From the NCBI GenBank assembly GCA_973851085.1, contig OZ316776.1, positions 12,090,001-12,154,000 on the forward strand: a DNA stretch of 64,000 nt, read 5' to 3'. This DNA comes from Ptychomitrium polyphyllum. Its lineage: Eukaryota. Within the stretch, counting starts at the first letter, position 1; each line of letters starts with the position of its first letter. A program made the position numbers and the translations under genes. Positions 1 through 14,987 of this stretch are shown here, in pieces. The notes under the pieces are model-generated. The model was not told where the DNA came from and searched no databases. It saw only the letters and a program-made list of their open reading frames with translations.

Positions 1-1965
1 TATCTATCAATGGTGCAGAGTTTTTACTCAAAAGAACAGTAGTCTTGGATATGTCTTTATGAGAGTTCCATAGCAATTACATCTATGATTTCTAAAGAGA
101 TATTTTCTACATGGATATGTTAATATTATGAAGATGTTAATGTTGTGAAGATGGGGTTCTTAGATTTGGTTTAGTAATGGGCCCTTTATTGTTGTGAGAG
201 TTTGGATGAGGATTGCAATTGAGGAGTTTTTGTGATAGTATTGAGATGTTCTTGTATGATTGTGTTACAGATGAAGCACGCAAGGATCCAGAGAATTCAA
301 CCAAGGATATGATACATTTCTGATGCATTTTCTGTAGTTGAGCTAAAGTTTTAGTCTTCATTGGTTATTGTTTGGGTTTCATTTTTTATGGTAGTTTATT
401 GGATTACAGTTGACCTTTTAGCCAATTTCGTGAATGCAGCCTGCAAGGCCAAAGAGTCAAATATGTAAGGGCACTTTGAGATACCAACCTATTTTTCCAA
501 CCTCACTAGTTTATTTTTGTAAGTTAAGTTTGTCCTTTCTTTTTGAAGAGCTCAGTGATATACATTGTAGTTGGTACATTTGTTATATGTGCAGGCAATG
601 AGATTTGCAAGTAAGTAAGAGGTTTGAAGTTGGAAGATTTTGTTTCTATAGAATACTAGGAAGATAGCACAAATCATTAAGCATATGGAGTTGGTCAAGG
701 TGAAGAGGTATTTTAAAGATGTTTGTGCACAAAATTAAGCCATCTTGTTTTGCAAGTTTTTATAGTAGTGTTGAGCATATTGCCAAGGATAAGATGAAAT
801 ACTCTACAATGTATGGAGAGGTGTATAAAATGAATATCATTATCATGTTATAAATATAAATAGAAGGTAATGTCAATATAAAATGATTATTTTTAATGAA
901 AAAGTGTAACAAGTTCATTCAATTGAATAAAAATTTAACATGGTCATCATCTAATCTTTGATGTAATGGTATTTAATGCAAATTTATGTACAATTGTAAA
1001 GGTACAATAGTAAATAATAAGAGTAAAAAATAAAAATTATACAATAAACAACAAACAATTTTTTTTTAATTAAGAAGTTAAGAGTAAATAATAAACAAAA
1101 AAAAGTTTTCAGAGGATTTTTTTAAAGTAAAAATCAAAATAAATATCAATCAAAAGTTCAAATGGACAAACAAAGCATATGACTATAAGGTTTTTTTTGT
1201 ACTTTGTATAAAAACCTAAAATTAAAAAGGTGGATAGAAATGTACTCTTAGGATATATTAAAATAAAACTAAGGCAATTTTGGCAATTTTGGCAATTATG
1301 GCAATAGTGGCAAATCTTTTTACAAAAATGTATTGCCATATACCTTGTAGAAGAAATCATGCTTACAAAAATATGCATGGATTTGAACAATGAATTATTA
1401 AATTTAGGTCAAAAATTTTAAAAGAAATAGATGAAAACTATGATGAAAAGTACAATAGAATATATGTCAACACGCATTTCAAAAATCTTGTCAAATTTTT
1501 GGTCAAAATGTGTCTTAATTTAGTATATTTAAAAAAAACTTCTTATAATATATTAGGTAAGATGAAATTTAAGATTTACTATATTTTAGTATCTTAATTC
1601 ATGATTTTGAATGTTGTTTTTGAAATATTATGTTACTTTAAAAGTATCTTACAATGTATCATAAACAATATCTTTTTTGATAGTGTTGAATTGTTCTCTT
1701 GAAAAAAAATTGTAAAGCTGTGCATTGAATTTGTAGATAGCAAATTCAATTTTAAAATGGTGTTAATTAATCTTAAACACAAAACACAAGTCAAAATTGG
1801 CAAAAATAAAAAATTGGTCAAAATTGGATATGCCTAAAATTCTTGGATTTTATTTGAAAAATGTAAAAAGTTTGAAGAAATATTAGGATTTCTTACAAAA
1901 TATGGAAACATTTGATCCCTAAATACATGACTTTTTAGTTCATTGTAAAGTATTCATTTGTTTAA

Positions 1966-1969
<4 letters not shown>

Positions 1970-2033
<64 letters not shown>
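1970..2033. repeat. (TA)n microsatellite, about 32 units
   Basis: Perfect TA run. Confidence 0.95.
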
Positions 2034-2038
<5 letters not shown>

Positions 2039-4243
2039 ATATGACCGCAATCACATCTTTGATGTAATGGCATTTATGTACAATTATAAAAACAAATAGT
2101 TAACAATAAAAGTAAAAATTAAGAAGCAAATAATAAACAAAAAAAAACGAATAAGTAATGTAAAAAAATAAATAATAAACAATAAAAAACAAAAGATAAA
2201 AAATAAGAAAGAAAAAAGAAAAACATAAATTTTAATAGTCAACAATCATTAGTAAATAATTACAAAGAAATATAATAAATAGTAAAAAAAAAAGTAAAAA
2301 TTGGTTATAAGTGTGAATAAAAGGCAAGTAGACAAATATGACAAAACTATAAGATTTATTTTGTACTTTGTATAAAACCTAAAAACATCAAAAATGAAGG
2401 ATATTTGAATTACCCCTATGATTTATTTATGTCTAAATTTTTTTAAACCATACACATAATTTATGAACAGAAAGAAGTAAACAATCTACAACAAATTGAT
2501 TTTTTGCTCATTATTTGCAATCTTCCATTTTTTTGGCACTTTTCTTTCTTTTGATAAAAAAATTGCAGTTGAAGGTTAATTCTAATTTTTAAATGAAAAT
2601 CCCTTTTACTTGCAAAGATGCCACAATAAAGTTTATCCTTGCCCTTACTGGATAATTAATTGCCTTATCATATGAATTACTTTATTATTTGATAATATTT
2701 GATTTGTAGTACTGGTTGCAACACCACCAATAGACTCAGACCAAGTGTAAGTATATTCAAATGTATGAAACAAAACCAAATTTTAAGAATTTTACTTTTC
2801 GAATAACCTTAGAAATTTAAAATAAAGTGTCATTTGATTAGAGTTATAATTGAATTAGGTTGACAAAAAAAATGAAGCGTTTTAAGTTTTTTACAAAAGG
2901 TTATAACATTGTTGCCTTCTCCAGTTCAATTATTTGAAATAAAATATTCCACACAAATAATTTTTTTTTGTTATAGCCCAATGGTATTTATGATTGAGCA
3001 CAAACAAGTTGCATTAGAGATATAATTCAACTCATCATGCTAGGAAAATTCAAATACATATATTGTAGTCAAATAAGTAAGGCGGCAATTACAACTTAAA
3101 TGTGATGGCATTTAACACACGTTTTTATCTGAAAAGTGAAGTTTCAAGTGAATTCATAAGAGAAATTTCAAATGAAATCCCAAATAAAGTCTTTGGTAAT
3201 ATGTACAAATAAGCAGGACATAGCTATAAGGTTTTTTTTTGGTGTTATGTACAATAACCTAAAAGGTGCCAACATCTTTCTTTAACACATATTAAATTTC
3301 ATACAAGTTGATGATTTTTTATAGTTCAGCATATAAAATCATAAATATTTGGATGTTTATTGAAATACTTTTAGATTAAAACACTGATTTTTTATAAAAA
3401 ATATTGTGGGTCATTTATGATTCATAATGAATTGATATTATCATTTAGGATTATTAATTTCTTCCACCTTAAAAACAATGGATTTGGCTTTAACAAAAAT
3501 GTTTTAAACTACAAAGGTATTAATAGCATTCTTAATACTATTAAATAGAGCTTAATATTGAGTATGGGCTCACCAACTTGGTTTATATGATACAAAATAA
3601 TGATGTCAAGGTATTGTGTTTTATAAGATTTTTAATCTAGAAGAAATTCATAAAATATAATTTAAATTCAAGCCAAAAATAATATTTTTATTAATGAAGT
3701 GGTTACTATTGTTGTATTTAGTAGCATAAAACATATAAATTCGTGCAAATGCAACAAAAGTGCTTTTGATCTCTTACAAACATAGTCTTCCTATTTACAA
3801 CATTTTATAGCAACTGAAGCAATATGAATGTTTAGAATGTGATAAACTAACATTAAATGACAATATAGACATGTAGTATTGAATGGATGAAGACATGAGT
3901 TTAGTTTGGTATCTTTGCATCAAAATTTTGTCAAATTTTAATTGAATAAGATATTAATAACAAAATAATATCTTTAGAAGGTGGCATTATTTATATTGAA
4001 GACGTTATTCAAAGGAGTCACTAATGAATGTTATACTTTATTTGTAATTATAACAATACAATTGAATTATCAAACACAATACAAATTATATGGCATGGTC
4101 CACCATCCGCTAGCAACAACCATTCTTGTGCAAAAATTCAACTCCTTGTAGGACTATTGTTATTACTGTTATTGATTCCCTATGTATTTCCAGTGATGGT
4201 TTATGAAAAGTACTAATTTCATGTGAATTATTTTTGTTTTTTA

Positions 4244-5125
4244 GGAATGTATGTATATAGTGGAGATGCTATAAGTGACCTTGGCAAGATTTCTCAAAAA
4301 ATCACTGCTTTTGGCCTCCTGTCTGAAGAAGCCTCAAATGACAGGATCCTTTTGTGCTAGGGAAGGACAGGACAGAGACGAGAAGGTACCCATAATCACT
4401 CATGCACACATCTGGTCAGGCTCAGAAGCACACAGATTAGGCCTCTCATGAAAACATACGTGCAGTGCTGGCCCCAAATGTTTGTGAACACTGTAGCAAA
4501 TTGCCCCAGCTGTGATGACCCTGTATGACACCATTTAATGCTCAGGAAGGACAGGAACAGAGAAGAGAAGGTAACCCACAAGCACTCATGCACACATCTG
4601 GTCAGGCTCAGGAGCACGCAGGGTACGCCTTCCTTCAGAACATACATGCAGTGCTTGCCCCAAATATTTCTTCACATTGCAGCAAATGGTCCTGCTGTGA
4701 TTCAATGGAGGGTCCACATTCCCTGAATCAGAATCAGCTTCCCTACGAGGCCGGGCTAAATGAAATATCACACACTGCAACATGGTTGGTAAGGACCTGA
4801 CGGTGACAGACTATTCGAGGCTGGCATTGGGTAGGAATCTGTAAGTGGACAGAGTCTGGCATACTGCACATGTGACAGGCGATGCACTGCAGGAAAGTGG
4901 AGGGACAAGAGAAACCACTCGTTGAAACCAACGAACTAGAAACCTGCTGTCAGGAGGTTGGTAACTTACTCCACTACTTGAATGGCGGCTCAGTAAGAAC
5001 CCCCTAGCCCAGAAGGTGAAGAAATCAGACGTCATGTTCATTGAAGCCTCTAACTGCATAACATTCTTCAGTGATCCACTGACACCTTCTTCCAAAGGAA
5101 AATCTCCATCCCTCAAAGGATAGAC
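4244..5125 (+). pseudogene. Gene-like island of unknown identity with an internal ~187-bp tandem duplication
   Basis: Higher GC than flanks; begins after a T-rich AG acceptor. Units at ~4338 and ~4525 share CACTCATGCACACATCTGGTCAGGCTCAG. Reading frames are broken by stops. Confidence 0.35.
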
Positions 5126-5746
5126 TTAAGAAATGTATTTTAATAAAAATTGACCCCTTAAAGAGCTGTCGGATGTCTAGTGTCTAACATTGGAACGTTA
5201 TTGGAACGTTAGTTTTTTGAACTCGAGCAAGGTTCCCAAAATTCTTTAAAAGTTCAAGTAATACACTTTAATTGAGAGACATGAATTGTTTTTACTTGGT
5301 CTAAGTACTATGTAGTAATGCCATAATAATACTTGAGTATTACCTAGTTAAAATTGGTCAATGTCCAATAATGAATTATATAAGGATTTGGTTTTTTCTT
5401 TTTGCACTTTCTACGAATGTTTATTAAAGCATAATTTTATTAAAGGAAAATGACTTAAAATAATATAAAAGAAGTAATGTTTATAATTGAATTGTTTATG
5501 GAATAGATTTATATTTGGGATTTTGTTCATGAGATTTATAACTAATTTTGTCTTATTTCAATACTAAAAAGTTTGAATAGAATATAAATGATAATCTATT
5601 TTTTATAGATTTATATATGAAAATCAAATGTTGTAGTACAAGAAACATTAGATAACCTTATAAATGCCTTAAAGAGGCATAGAAGGTTATGGAATTAAAT
5701 CCTACCAAAATTATAATTTTTCGTTTAGAAAATGTAAAGTATTATA

Positions 5747-6272
5747 TGTCATAGATATAGATTATGCAACATAGTCTTTAGAGCCTTCTAGAACCTTTGG
5801 TATATTACAATAGCTTCTTAGAATACTTTCAATGTCTCCATAGCTGTTTCCATATCCTTGGAAATTTTTCTACAAAAATTCCACCACCTTAGGAAACTTC
5901 CTAGAAAGATTCTATTTCTTTGGAAAATTTCCTATGAAGGTTTCAACTCCTTGGAAGCTTCTTAAGAAGGTTCCAACATCTTTGAAAGGTTCCAACATCT
6001 TAGAAAACTTCTTGGCAAGGTTTTATAGACTTCTAGAACATTCTTAAGCCTTATAGGAAGCTTCTTTAGAAGTATCATAGGAAATACAAGCGTCATAGTA
6101 TAAATAGGAGGCAAGACAAGGTATTTCTTAATCTTGCCTAAGACAAATTATAGATCATATTGTATTTTGCCTTGCTCTAATCTTTATATCACTACTTGTT
6201 AATCACTAGTTTTGTGGAGGCTAATTCTTGGGACCACTTTGTTTCTGCTTCTTGTTTCTTGTGTCACTAACA
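5747..6272 (+). mobile_element. Solo LTR related to the LTRs at 46732 and 53501
   Basis: TG...CA termini with flanks TTATA/TTAAA (TSD with 1 mismatch). Shares blocks with 53501-53926, e.g. GAAGCTTCTTTAGAAGTATCATAGGAAA. Confidence 0.7.
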
Positions 6273-9200
6273 TTAAAAGGCAAAAGTATTTTGTTTTGCA
6301 TTTTTATGAAACAAAAAGAATTTGTATAATTTTCACTTTGAGTTAAATAACTTTCTCTTTTAATCTACCTTCACAAACAACTTTATTTTACTGTAAAGAA
6401 TAAAATATTGATAATTTTAGAAATTATAATTTAATTAGTATTTCAATTAATAATGATTCATGAAATAATGAAAATTACATCAGATGATTAAAGATATATT
6501 GACTAATGTATTTTCAAGGATTATTAAGGATTATATACCTTATATTATTAATAAACCTTCCAAAGATTTCATTTAATAAAATAAAAAATGCTATTCAGAA
6601 TTTCATATTAAGGTTTATTTTTTCAAATGATTTTTTTTTTAAAAGAAGCATTAATCTAAAGGAAAATTTTACTTAATTTGTTGATTCAACAACTTTTGGC
6701 ACTATTTTTTTTTAAAGTGAATTGTCATATAATGTGGCATTGTATGTTAAGCCACGTTAGGTGGATGAAATGTAATTTTATTTTAAAAAAATGTTTTCAT
6801 TTGTTTAATATAAAAATCAATTTTATAGTCTCATTATGCTTATATCTTTATTCTTTAGAACTAATAATTTTACTTTTTTGATTTATTATGTACTATTTAT
6901 TATTATTATTTTACTATTAATTTTTTTACTTTTTATTGTATAATGTGTGTTCTTTATTATTAATTTTAAATTTTAAATTTTAAAATTTTAAATTTTTTTA
7001 TTAACTTCTATTTTTTATTTTTTAATTATTAATTCATTATTTTTCAATTCTCAATTTTTACAATTTTTATAATTGTATAAAAACTAACATTAAATGCCAC
7101 CACATTAAAGATGTGATAGCAGCTACACTTATTTCTTAAAATTTTTATTTTTATCTATATCATTTTAATTATAAGCCTAATTCTCCTATTTCACCTAATT
7201 TGGAAATATTTGTCTTTAAGAAGTTTATTTGAGCATAATGAGAGAGTTCTTAAAGTTTCAACTTTATAATGGCGCTTATTAAGTACAAATGGCTCTTTTG
7301 ATGAGATCTTGTTTCTACTATAACAAGTTTTGTGACTTATTAATTATTTATTGTATACAAGTCCCACTATTTTTAATCCACTTTTAATTTTATATTTTTT
7401 AATTAAAAAAAATATGTATAATTTTTTATTTTTAGATTTGTGTTTAATACCTTTCCTTGTTACAAGCATTGTTGCCATTGATTACACTCCTGTTTCATTT
7501 TTATAATACATAGTATGTGTTTTATAAATGTATTATAAGAATGATGTCAAATAAGTAGCTTGATAAGATTCTTTTGCATATACCAAATGGATAGTATGTG
7601 TTTGAATTATAGAAATTAAGAACTTGAATGATCAATTGAGGCTTATATTAGGGACAAGAATACTTGCAATTGGAAGCTTAAAAGAAGTAAAAAAACAACA
7701 TACTTAAAACAATATCTAGATTACCAAATATCAACTACAATTCAATTAGTTTATAAGAGAAAAACACTTCAGTGATTTTGAAACAAAAACTTGAATAATC
7801 AAGAAATACACCTCAACTTCAACTCTTTTAGTTGAACATTTAAATACCATATTTCAAATTTATATTTTTGGATCTATATTTATTGTTTGAATTAATTAAC
7901 TAATAATTATTGTCTAATAGTTATTGTTGGAGTTGTATGGTAGTATCAATAGCAAGAATTTAGAAGTACTAGATATAAGGCCCAATAGACTAATAACATT
8001 ATCCTCTTTCTAAACTAAGTTTACTCTTGAAAATTCAAAAGGCTAATTATTCTTTCATCTCCTAAAGCTAAAGTTTGGCAGGATGTTTGTTGAGCGGAAG
8101 TTGGTACCAAATTGGCAAAGGAAGAAACTATGGTTGTTTGGTAGGTAGAGAAAGAGTATTGGCCTTGCATTGTAAGAAGAGTAGAAAGATTTGTAACTAC
8201 AAGAGATGAGGAAGTTGGTAGAGAAGAATTGGCACCTATTGATATTAGGCAAGAAATGGTGTAGAGGACTAGTTTAGAAGTACTAGGGAGTTTGTTTATT
8301 AGTTGATTAGTAGCCATTGTCAAAGTATTTGTCATCCAAACTGTAGAAAGTAAAAGATGCAAGAGAGTCCTTTACTGGATGGTCGTCTCCTCAACTTAGG
8401 AAGTTCTGTTTATAGTGATGGATGATGGCATCTTGATAGACATCATATAGGCGGTAACAAATAAATTGTAAGCAGTTTGTATAAGTTTTTGGTACCGGTA
8501 GTCAGCCTGGTAGTGAAATGTTTTATTAGTCTATATTTTTTGGCATAAGTAGGAGTACTTATTAGTCAAGTCTTGGACTTGCTATTAAAGTCTGATGTCA
8601 AGAAGAAGATGTTTTGGAATATTAAATAGCTACTTCAAAGTGACCTTCAATTAGGTAGTGAATTCAATAATGAATTATTGCTGTATTTGAACTTTGTATT
8701 GACCATAGTCTTGCTCAAGTGCTAGCATGCAGACTTGGTGCAATGTAAGAATCTATCAATATTGTTGTAGTCCATTAACAATTGTTGAAGTTGCATTGAC
8801 ATCCAATTCTGATTATCAAGGATTGATTATGCCTATAAAATGTATTTTTCAAAAATTAACCTAAGCTTTTATTAAAAGTGGTAAGGCGTTAATGTGGTAT
8901 TGGATAGCCTTATGCAAGTTGTTAATATAGGGGAGTTGATTAGAGAGGATTGATAGAAGTAAAAGGAAGAGTTGATGGAGTGGTATTAGTGAAAGTAGAA
9001 GGAAGAGTAGGAATTTGAATAGGAACCAAGCTAGATGTTAGTAGAGTGGAATACATTGATACTAGCGGAAAATGGTTTGCAAAGGAGATTTGGCCTAGAA
9101 ATCAACTTTTAGAACTTTTGCAAAAGAAGAAAGGAAGGAAGACGTATAAAGATTGAAAGCAAAAATTGATACAAGAAAAGAAAGAGGTGAACTAATATTA

Positions 9201-12200
9201 ATGGTGGAGATAGTGTGAGTAGAGACTATCAAAGTTGAAGTTTGGGATGCTTGTAGGTTCTACTACTTCCAATACTTCTGAATGAAGGCTTTGAGTGACT
9301 CTTCAATTTTCTCTGTGCTTGATGTGCATGTTGCTTGTGACTAAGTTTGCATCTTGAAGGTCTTGCCTTGGTAGATTTGATAGTTAGAGAAGGAGGTTGA
9401 GAAGAATACGGTTTGGTAGAATTTATACTGTCAAAAGAAGCAAACTGTGTCAAAGATTCTACAAACAAAGACACAAGTTTTTGCCAAATTTTAACGGCAA
9501 TGCAAAATGTAACTTTATTGTGTTGGATCTCAATAAGTTTTGCAGTGAGGTTGTTGTGTATGGTAGTAAACAAGGCCCATTCGTCCAATTTGGTAGCAAG
9601 GTCTTTGAGTACTAATAAGAAGTAAATATTCTTATAAAAAACGTAGGTTTTGTTTTTTGAATAAAGATTCCTTAGAAGAAACCCCTTTTGTGCAATACTA
9701 AGGTTTTGGAACCTTATTGGACCTCCAACCTACTTTTGCACATGGTGTGGAATTTTTTACTCCTTCTAAAAATTTATAGGAAACTACTGAAGATTGAACA
9801 GAAGTTATTGTGCCGCCTTCAAGATGTAAAGTGTTTTTAATGATATTATAGATAATATAGATTTGCCTACCGGAGATGGTAGCAATGAAATCATCATCGT
9901 TTTTATTAAACTATTGTATTTAAAAACTTAGGAATTAAATTAGCATGATTTAAAGGTTGATTCCATAGAAGCTAGGCATATTCTAAAAATCCTATATTGC
10001 AAAGAAATTTTAACTTAATAGAATTGGTGGTAGCAAAAATTGTCCAAAACTGGAATTAATTCATTGGCATGAAGATAATGTCTCGTCAAATTTTGCTTAC
10101 CAAATAATTGGAGGCATAACCAAGGTCTAGATTGGATTTCTACCTAGCAGCAGTTATAACTAAAGATGTAGATAAAAAAGGTGATTAATGAAAAAATACT
10201 CTATAGCAATGAAAAGAAGGCGTTAAGCATAAATAAAGATCAATTGAATTAGCATTCAATTTGAGTATTTGGTAGTTGTAATGGCCAATATAAATCATCA
10301 TGATTATTATTGGTTTTTAGCATACAATTTCATTAGTAGGAACAATGGTCTTTATTACGGATTTAGACTAGTCGGAAGCTATTGGTAGGCTAATTGGAGC
10401 ATCATTAATGTAACAATAGGATTTGAGTTTATTAATGTTAAGAATGACAGGATCATGATCAAAATGATCTATGAATATTAATAGTGTTGTTTGGTAGCAA
10501 GTGTTGGACTCAATAGAAGCCATACTATTTATTTTTTAATTTATTGGTATAATAATTAGCATCTTTTGGGTACCAAATGACATAATCATCAAGGTTGAAG
10601 GTAATGTTCTAACTTCAAGCTATAGTAAATTGAGTGTAATTCCATTGCAATATGCCTTGGTAATTTGGACAAGAATTTGGATTTTGTCCAACTTCTCCAA
10701 GTCAGTAATGTAAAATGCCAAAACGCGGTGGTGGTTAAAAGTATTATTAATAGTAGTGTGATTTTTGGAATAAGATATTTGATAGGTATAAGAAGAAGCA
10801 TGCCGTATAAGAGCTAGAATGGATAACAATTGATAATTGTCTTATAGGTGGTAAAGTAGCCAAACATGGATGTGAAAAGGTGGATATTTCAATTGTTGCA
10901 ATGATTGTTTACAAGTTTTTATAATATATCCATGATAACATTGTTGGTGCACTCAACCTAGCCATTACCAAGGAGATAGTGTGCTATAGATGTGGTGTTT
11001 GATCAAAAAGTGTTCCATTACCGTTTGGATTACCATATTCTTGAAATGTACCCTTTGATTGTTAACGATGTGGAGGGGGTAGCCAAAGCAAGTAAGGATG
11101 GTTACATAAAGGACTTGGGCGGTCTCCAATGCTGTCTTTCCATGTAATACAATGTCTTTGACCCACTTGGTAGCATAATCAATAGCAAGAAGGATGTACC
11201 AATTGCCATGATATTGGAAGCATATCAAACATACAATAAAATCAAGGTTCCATTTTATAAAAGATTCAACCGGTAGGATTGCAACAAACCTGCTGGTAAC
11301 CGGTTTTATAACATTATTGGTACGTTGACAAACTGGACAGGTTCAAAAATAGCTGATTTTATCCTTATATAAGGTTGGCCCTCCAATAACCAACATTGCA
11401 AATCTCTTGGACAATGTGTCAATAGAAAGATGCCCACTGGATGTGCCTTTATGGAATTTAGTAAGATTCTTTGATATCTTGATAAGAGAGACACAACGTG
11501 AAAAGATGTAATCTTTGCCTTGGCTGTAGAAATTATTGTTAATGAGTTAGAATGTAATAGCTTTCAAAGCTAAATGCTTGAGGCGTTTGGATGTATAGCC
11601 TATGAAAAATTAACGATTCAAAGGTATTTTTATGAGATAAACATCCATTAAGTTTCTACATTAAAGACCGTTGTATTTACCAGTGTGTTGATAATGGAAT
11701 TGGTGGACTACTAGTGGTGTTGCGGAATAATGCATCAATATATCATGTATTTTATCAAGTTTGTAGACCACAATAAAATCAAATTTTTGGAATAATAAGA
11801 GCCAACGGGCAATCTTATCGCATATTTGAGTTTTTTTATCAAGTATAAGAGAGCTATGTAATCAATATAAAAAACAAACTTTTTGCCTAAGAGATAATCC
11901 TTGAATTTGTTTATGGCATTGACCATTGCCAAGACTTTCCGTTTAATGGTGATATAATTTTTTTGGATTTTATTAAAGAGTGAGAAAGCATATATAATAG
12001 GTTTATCAATGCGATTGGTAGGGGTCTACGCTAACATAATTCCAAGTGCTAGGTCAAATGCATCACTATGGATGTGGTATTTTAGCTTCCAATATACCAC
12101 TATGAAGATTGGTATTAATAGATACTGATTCTTTATCTCTTGGTAAATAACATCACATTTGGTAGTTTAGTAAAGTAGCTTGTTTTTATGTATGAATTTA

Positions 12201-14987
12201 GAGATGGCCGCCATTATTATTGCATAGTTGTGAATGAAGCATCTATAGAATTGAATTAAGTCGTAGAACATCTGAATTACTTTAATGTTGTGGAGATGAG
12301 GCATATTTATCAAGCCTTATTTTTAAGCAGGATCAAGAAACTTACCATCTTTGGAGACAATATAAATTACAATAGCTCTAAAAAATGCAAAAGAAAGGCA
12401 TTTATTGGAGTTGAGGCGTACGCCAAATTTTTGAGATTTAATGAAGCATAATTTGAGCTTAATTAGTTGGATAGCAAGATTGTTGTAAATGTTGAAATCA
12501 TTAAGAAAGATCTTTATAAAGTTGCTTGGATAGTTTTTAAAGGCATGGTTGACTCCATATTATTATGTAGGCGGTGCATTTTTGAAACCAAATGGCATTA
12601 CCATCTAGACAAATATCTCCTATTTAGTAATGAATAAAGTTTTGTGTTGGTTATTCAAATGGATCTTAATTTGATGATTGCCAAAGAAACCATCTAAGAA
12701 AGGATACGTTTCTTATCCAACTACAGAGTCAAGAACATCATTGATAAAAAATAGTGAATACAAATCCTTCTTAGTAGTTGCAATGAATCTGCGGAAATCC
12801 ACACATATGCCGAACTTACTATTCTTCTTTGGTATTACTACAACAGGTAAAAGTTAAGAAGCTTTTGCTATCTAAGTAATAAACCTAATAGTCAAGATGC
12901 AATTAAAGTTGTCTTTTACCACTTTGGCATAATTAAAATTCATACAATAGTAAGCTTGCTAAGATGGAAAAATTGTGGTGTTGAATTCAATGTGATGTTA
13001 GGCAGTATTGGCCAGTATACCTATTAAATTTTTATAAGTTTAAGCAAAAATAATTCTAAATTTGTAAAAAAATGCTCCAATTTTTTCAACAAAATCATTT
13101 GGTATGTCAAGATTAACTTTGATGGTAGCATGGTGTTTGGTAGTATTAGGTTGAAGAGGCACTACTAGAATTCTTTGATATTATTCCATTTTGCAACCTT
13201 GTATGGCTCCAAGGTTTTGGTAATTGGTATTGCGTCAATAGAAATGGAGTTTAGGAAATGTAGAATGATATTAAGAAAACTGTTTAAAGTGGCGGCCTAT
13301 AGTAGATGGTCAAGAGTGAGGGTATCAATGGAATGAAGGTAGTTGTTTGTAGCAAGGAAAATGGTTTCTTCTTCATCGATAATACTTTAAACAAAGTTGT
13401 ATGAAACAAGTACATCTAGTATTGTAGCTTTAAAGCAAGCTCTTATTGTACTGGTATGGTCTTGACTATACCATTTTTTATGATCCTAATTTCATAATTT
13501 TCCCAATCATAAATCATTTGTGCATGTTTTAAACATAATTGGCTAAAAAAAAAAGATTAGGTAGATTGGATGTTGTGACAAGTAATAATTGTGAGGATGA
13601 TAATATAAAGAATATCATGAATGTGAATTTTGATATTACACAAAATACTGGTGGATAAGATTAATGAACCTTTCGCCATAAGAAGCTTATAGGGAGCTAG
13701 AGAAGGATTCAAGAAATCCAAGCGGATGCATTTTTTTTCTATAATGATGTTGACAATTGATTTTTTGTTTATCAATACGTCAATTACCAAGTGTTTTTCA
13801 ATCATTATCAATATGAATGGTATGTGGTGGTCAACAATGGTGATAGTAGTTACCAACATTAAAAAATTGATTTCCAATAATAATACCAAATAGAGATGGT
13901 AGCAGAGATAAATTGACAAGTCTTAGATATAATAAAATGAATTCTTCTAACGAAATTGAAATATTTTATTCCTAAAATTGTCTACATTTCTGTTGGGCTT
14001 TAAAAAAGTTAAAGGTGTTTAATTGGTCCAGTAGGGAAGATATAATTTTTGGTAGAGCAATGTATTACAACTCCTATACAATGTGGATCATCTAATTACA
14101 AGCAACATCAATTTTCTACCATTTGAGGCCTTCCAATAGAGATGCTGGTGGTAGAAGAATAGTTGCTGCAATTTACTAGTTCAATGTGGCAAAAATTAAT
14201 GGTATTCATTTTTGGAGGTGCATGGTTTGCTAGATCTTGCTTCTTCATTTAGATGAAACACTTAACATCATCATCTTGATGTAGAGGACATCAATGTCCA
14301 AGGTAATCCATTGAGCTGCACACATTGATAGGAGTGAGGATTGGTTGTAGTTTTAGCTAAAGAATGTTAGGGAATTGTTGTTTATGCTTATCGTAGCTAT
14401 ATAGGGATTCTTGTAACGAGAGTCTCAGATATGAATAAACCGGCCGCAATTAGTGTATGGTTGAATGGTTTTGTAGAGTCGATTGGAAGTATTGGGGAAA
14501 TGTGAGGAAGGCTTAATAGCCTTAATTCTGCTAATTGGACAGATCTAACTGCCTCAATAAAGGTGATTCTAGGAAGTTCCATTGTAACTACTTGAATGTA
14601 TTTATAGAGTCCAATCCAAAAGATGCTAAGCATAAAAGTATCATCCGATGGAGTAGTGAGGTTCTCTGCAAGTTTTAAGAGACATTTAGTAAAAATTTCT
14701 ACCAATTTAAAAGGTTTTTGGTTCATATTTTGGAAGTAAATGTAGGTTTAATCATCAAATTTAATCGATTGGTACATTTTTTAAACGCAAGGAGAAGTTC
14801 ATCTAAGTACTTGTAAAGAAATTTGATGTGATGGAATGTGAATCAAGTAGATTCTTTATAAGTATGGATGCTACTAAGCTATTCAAATTAGTCAAAAAAA
14901 CTTGTTTCTCTGTTTAAAGTAAATGCCAATTAAAAATTTAGCAATGGTATTTAAAACACTTTCTTATTTACTAATTTGGATATATCA

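Noticed and set aside
1..850. Possible retroelement gag remnant on the minus strand (ORF 137-361)
   Set aside because: No diagnostic motif, and it is truncated by the window edge.
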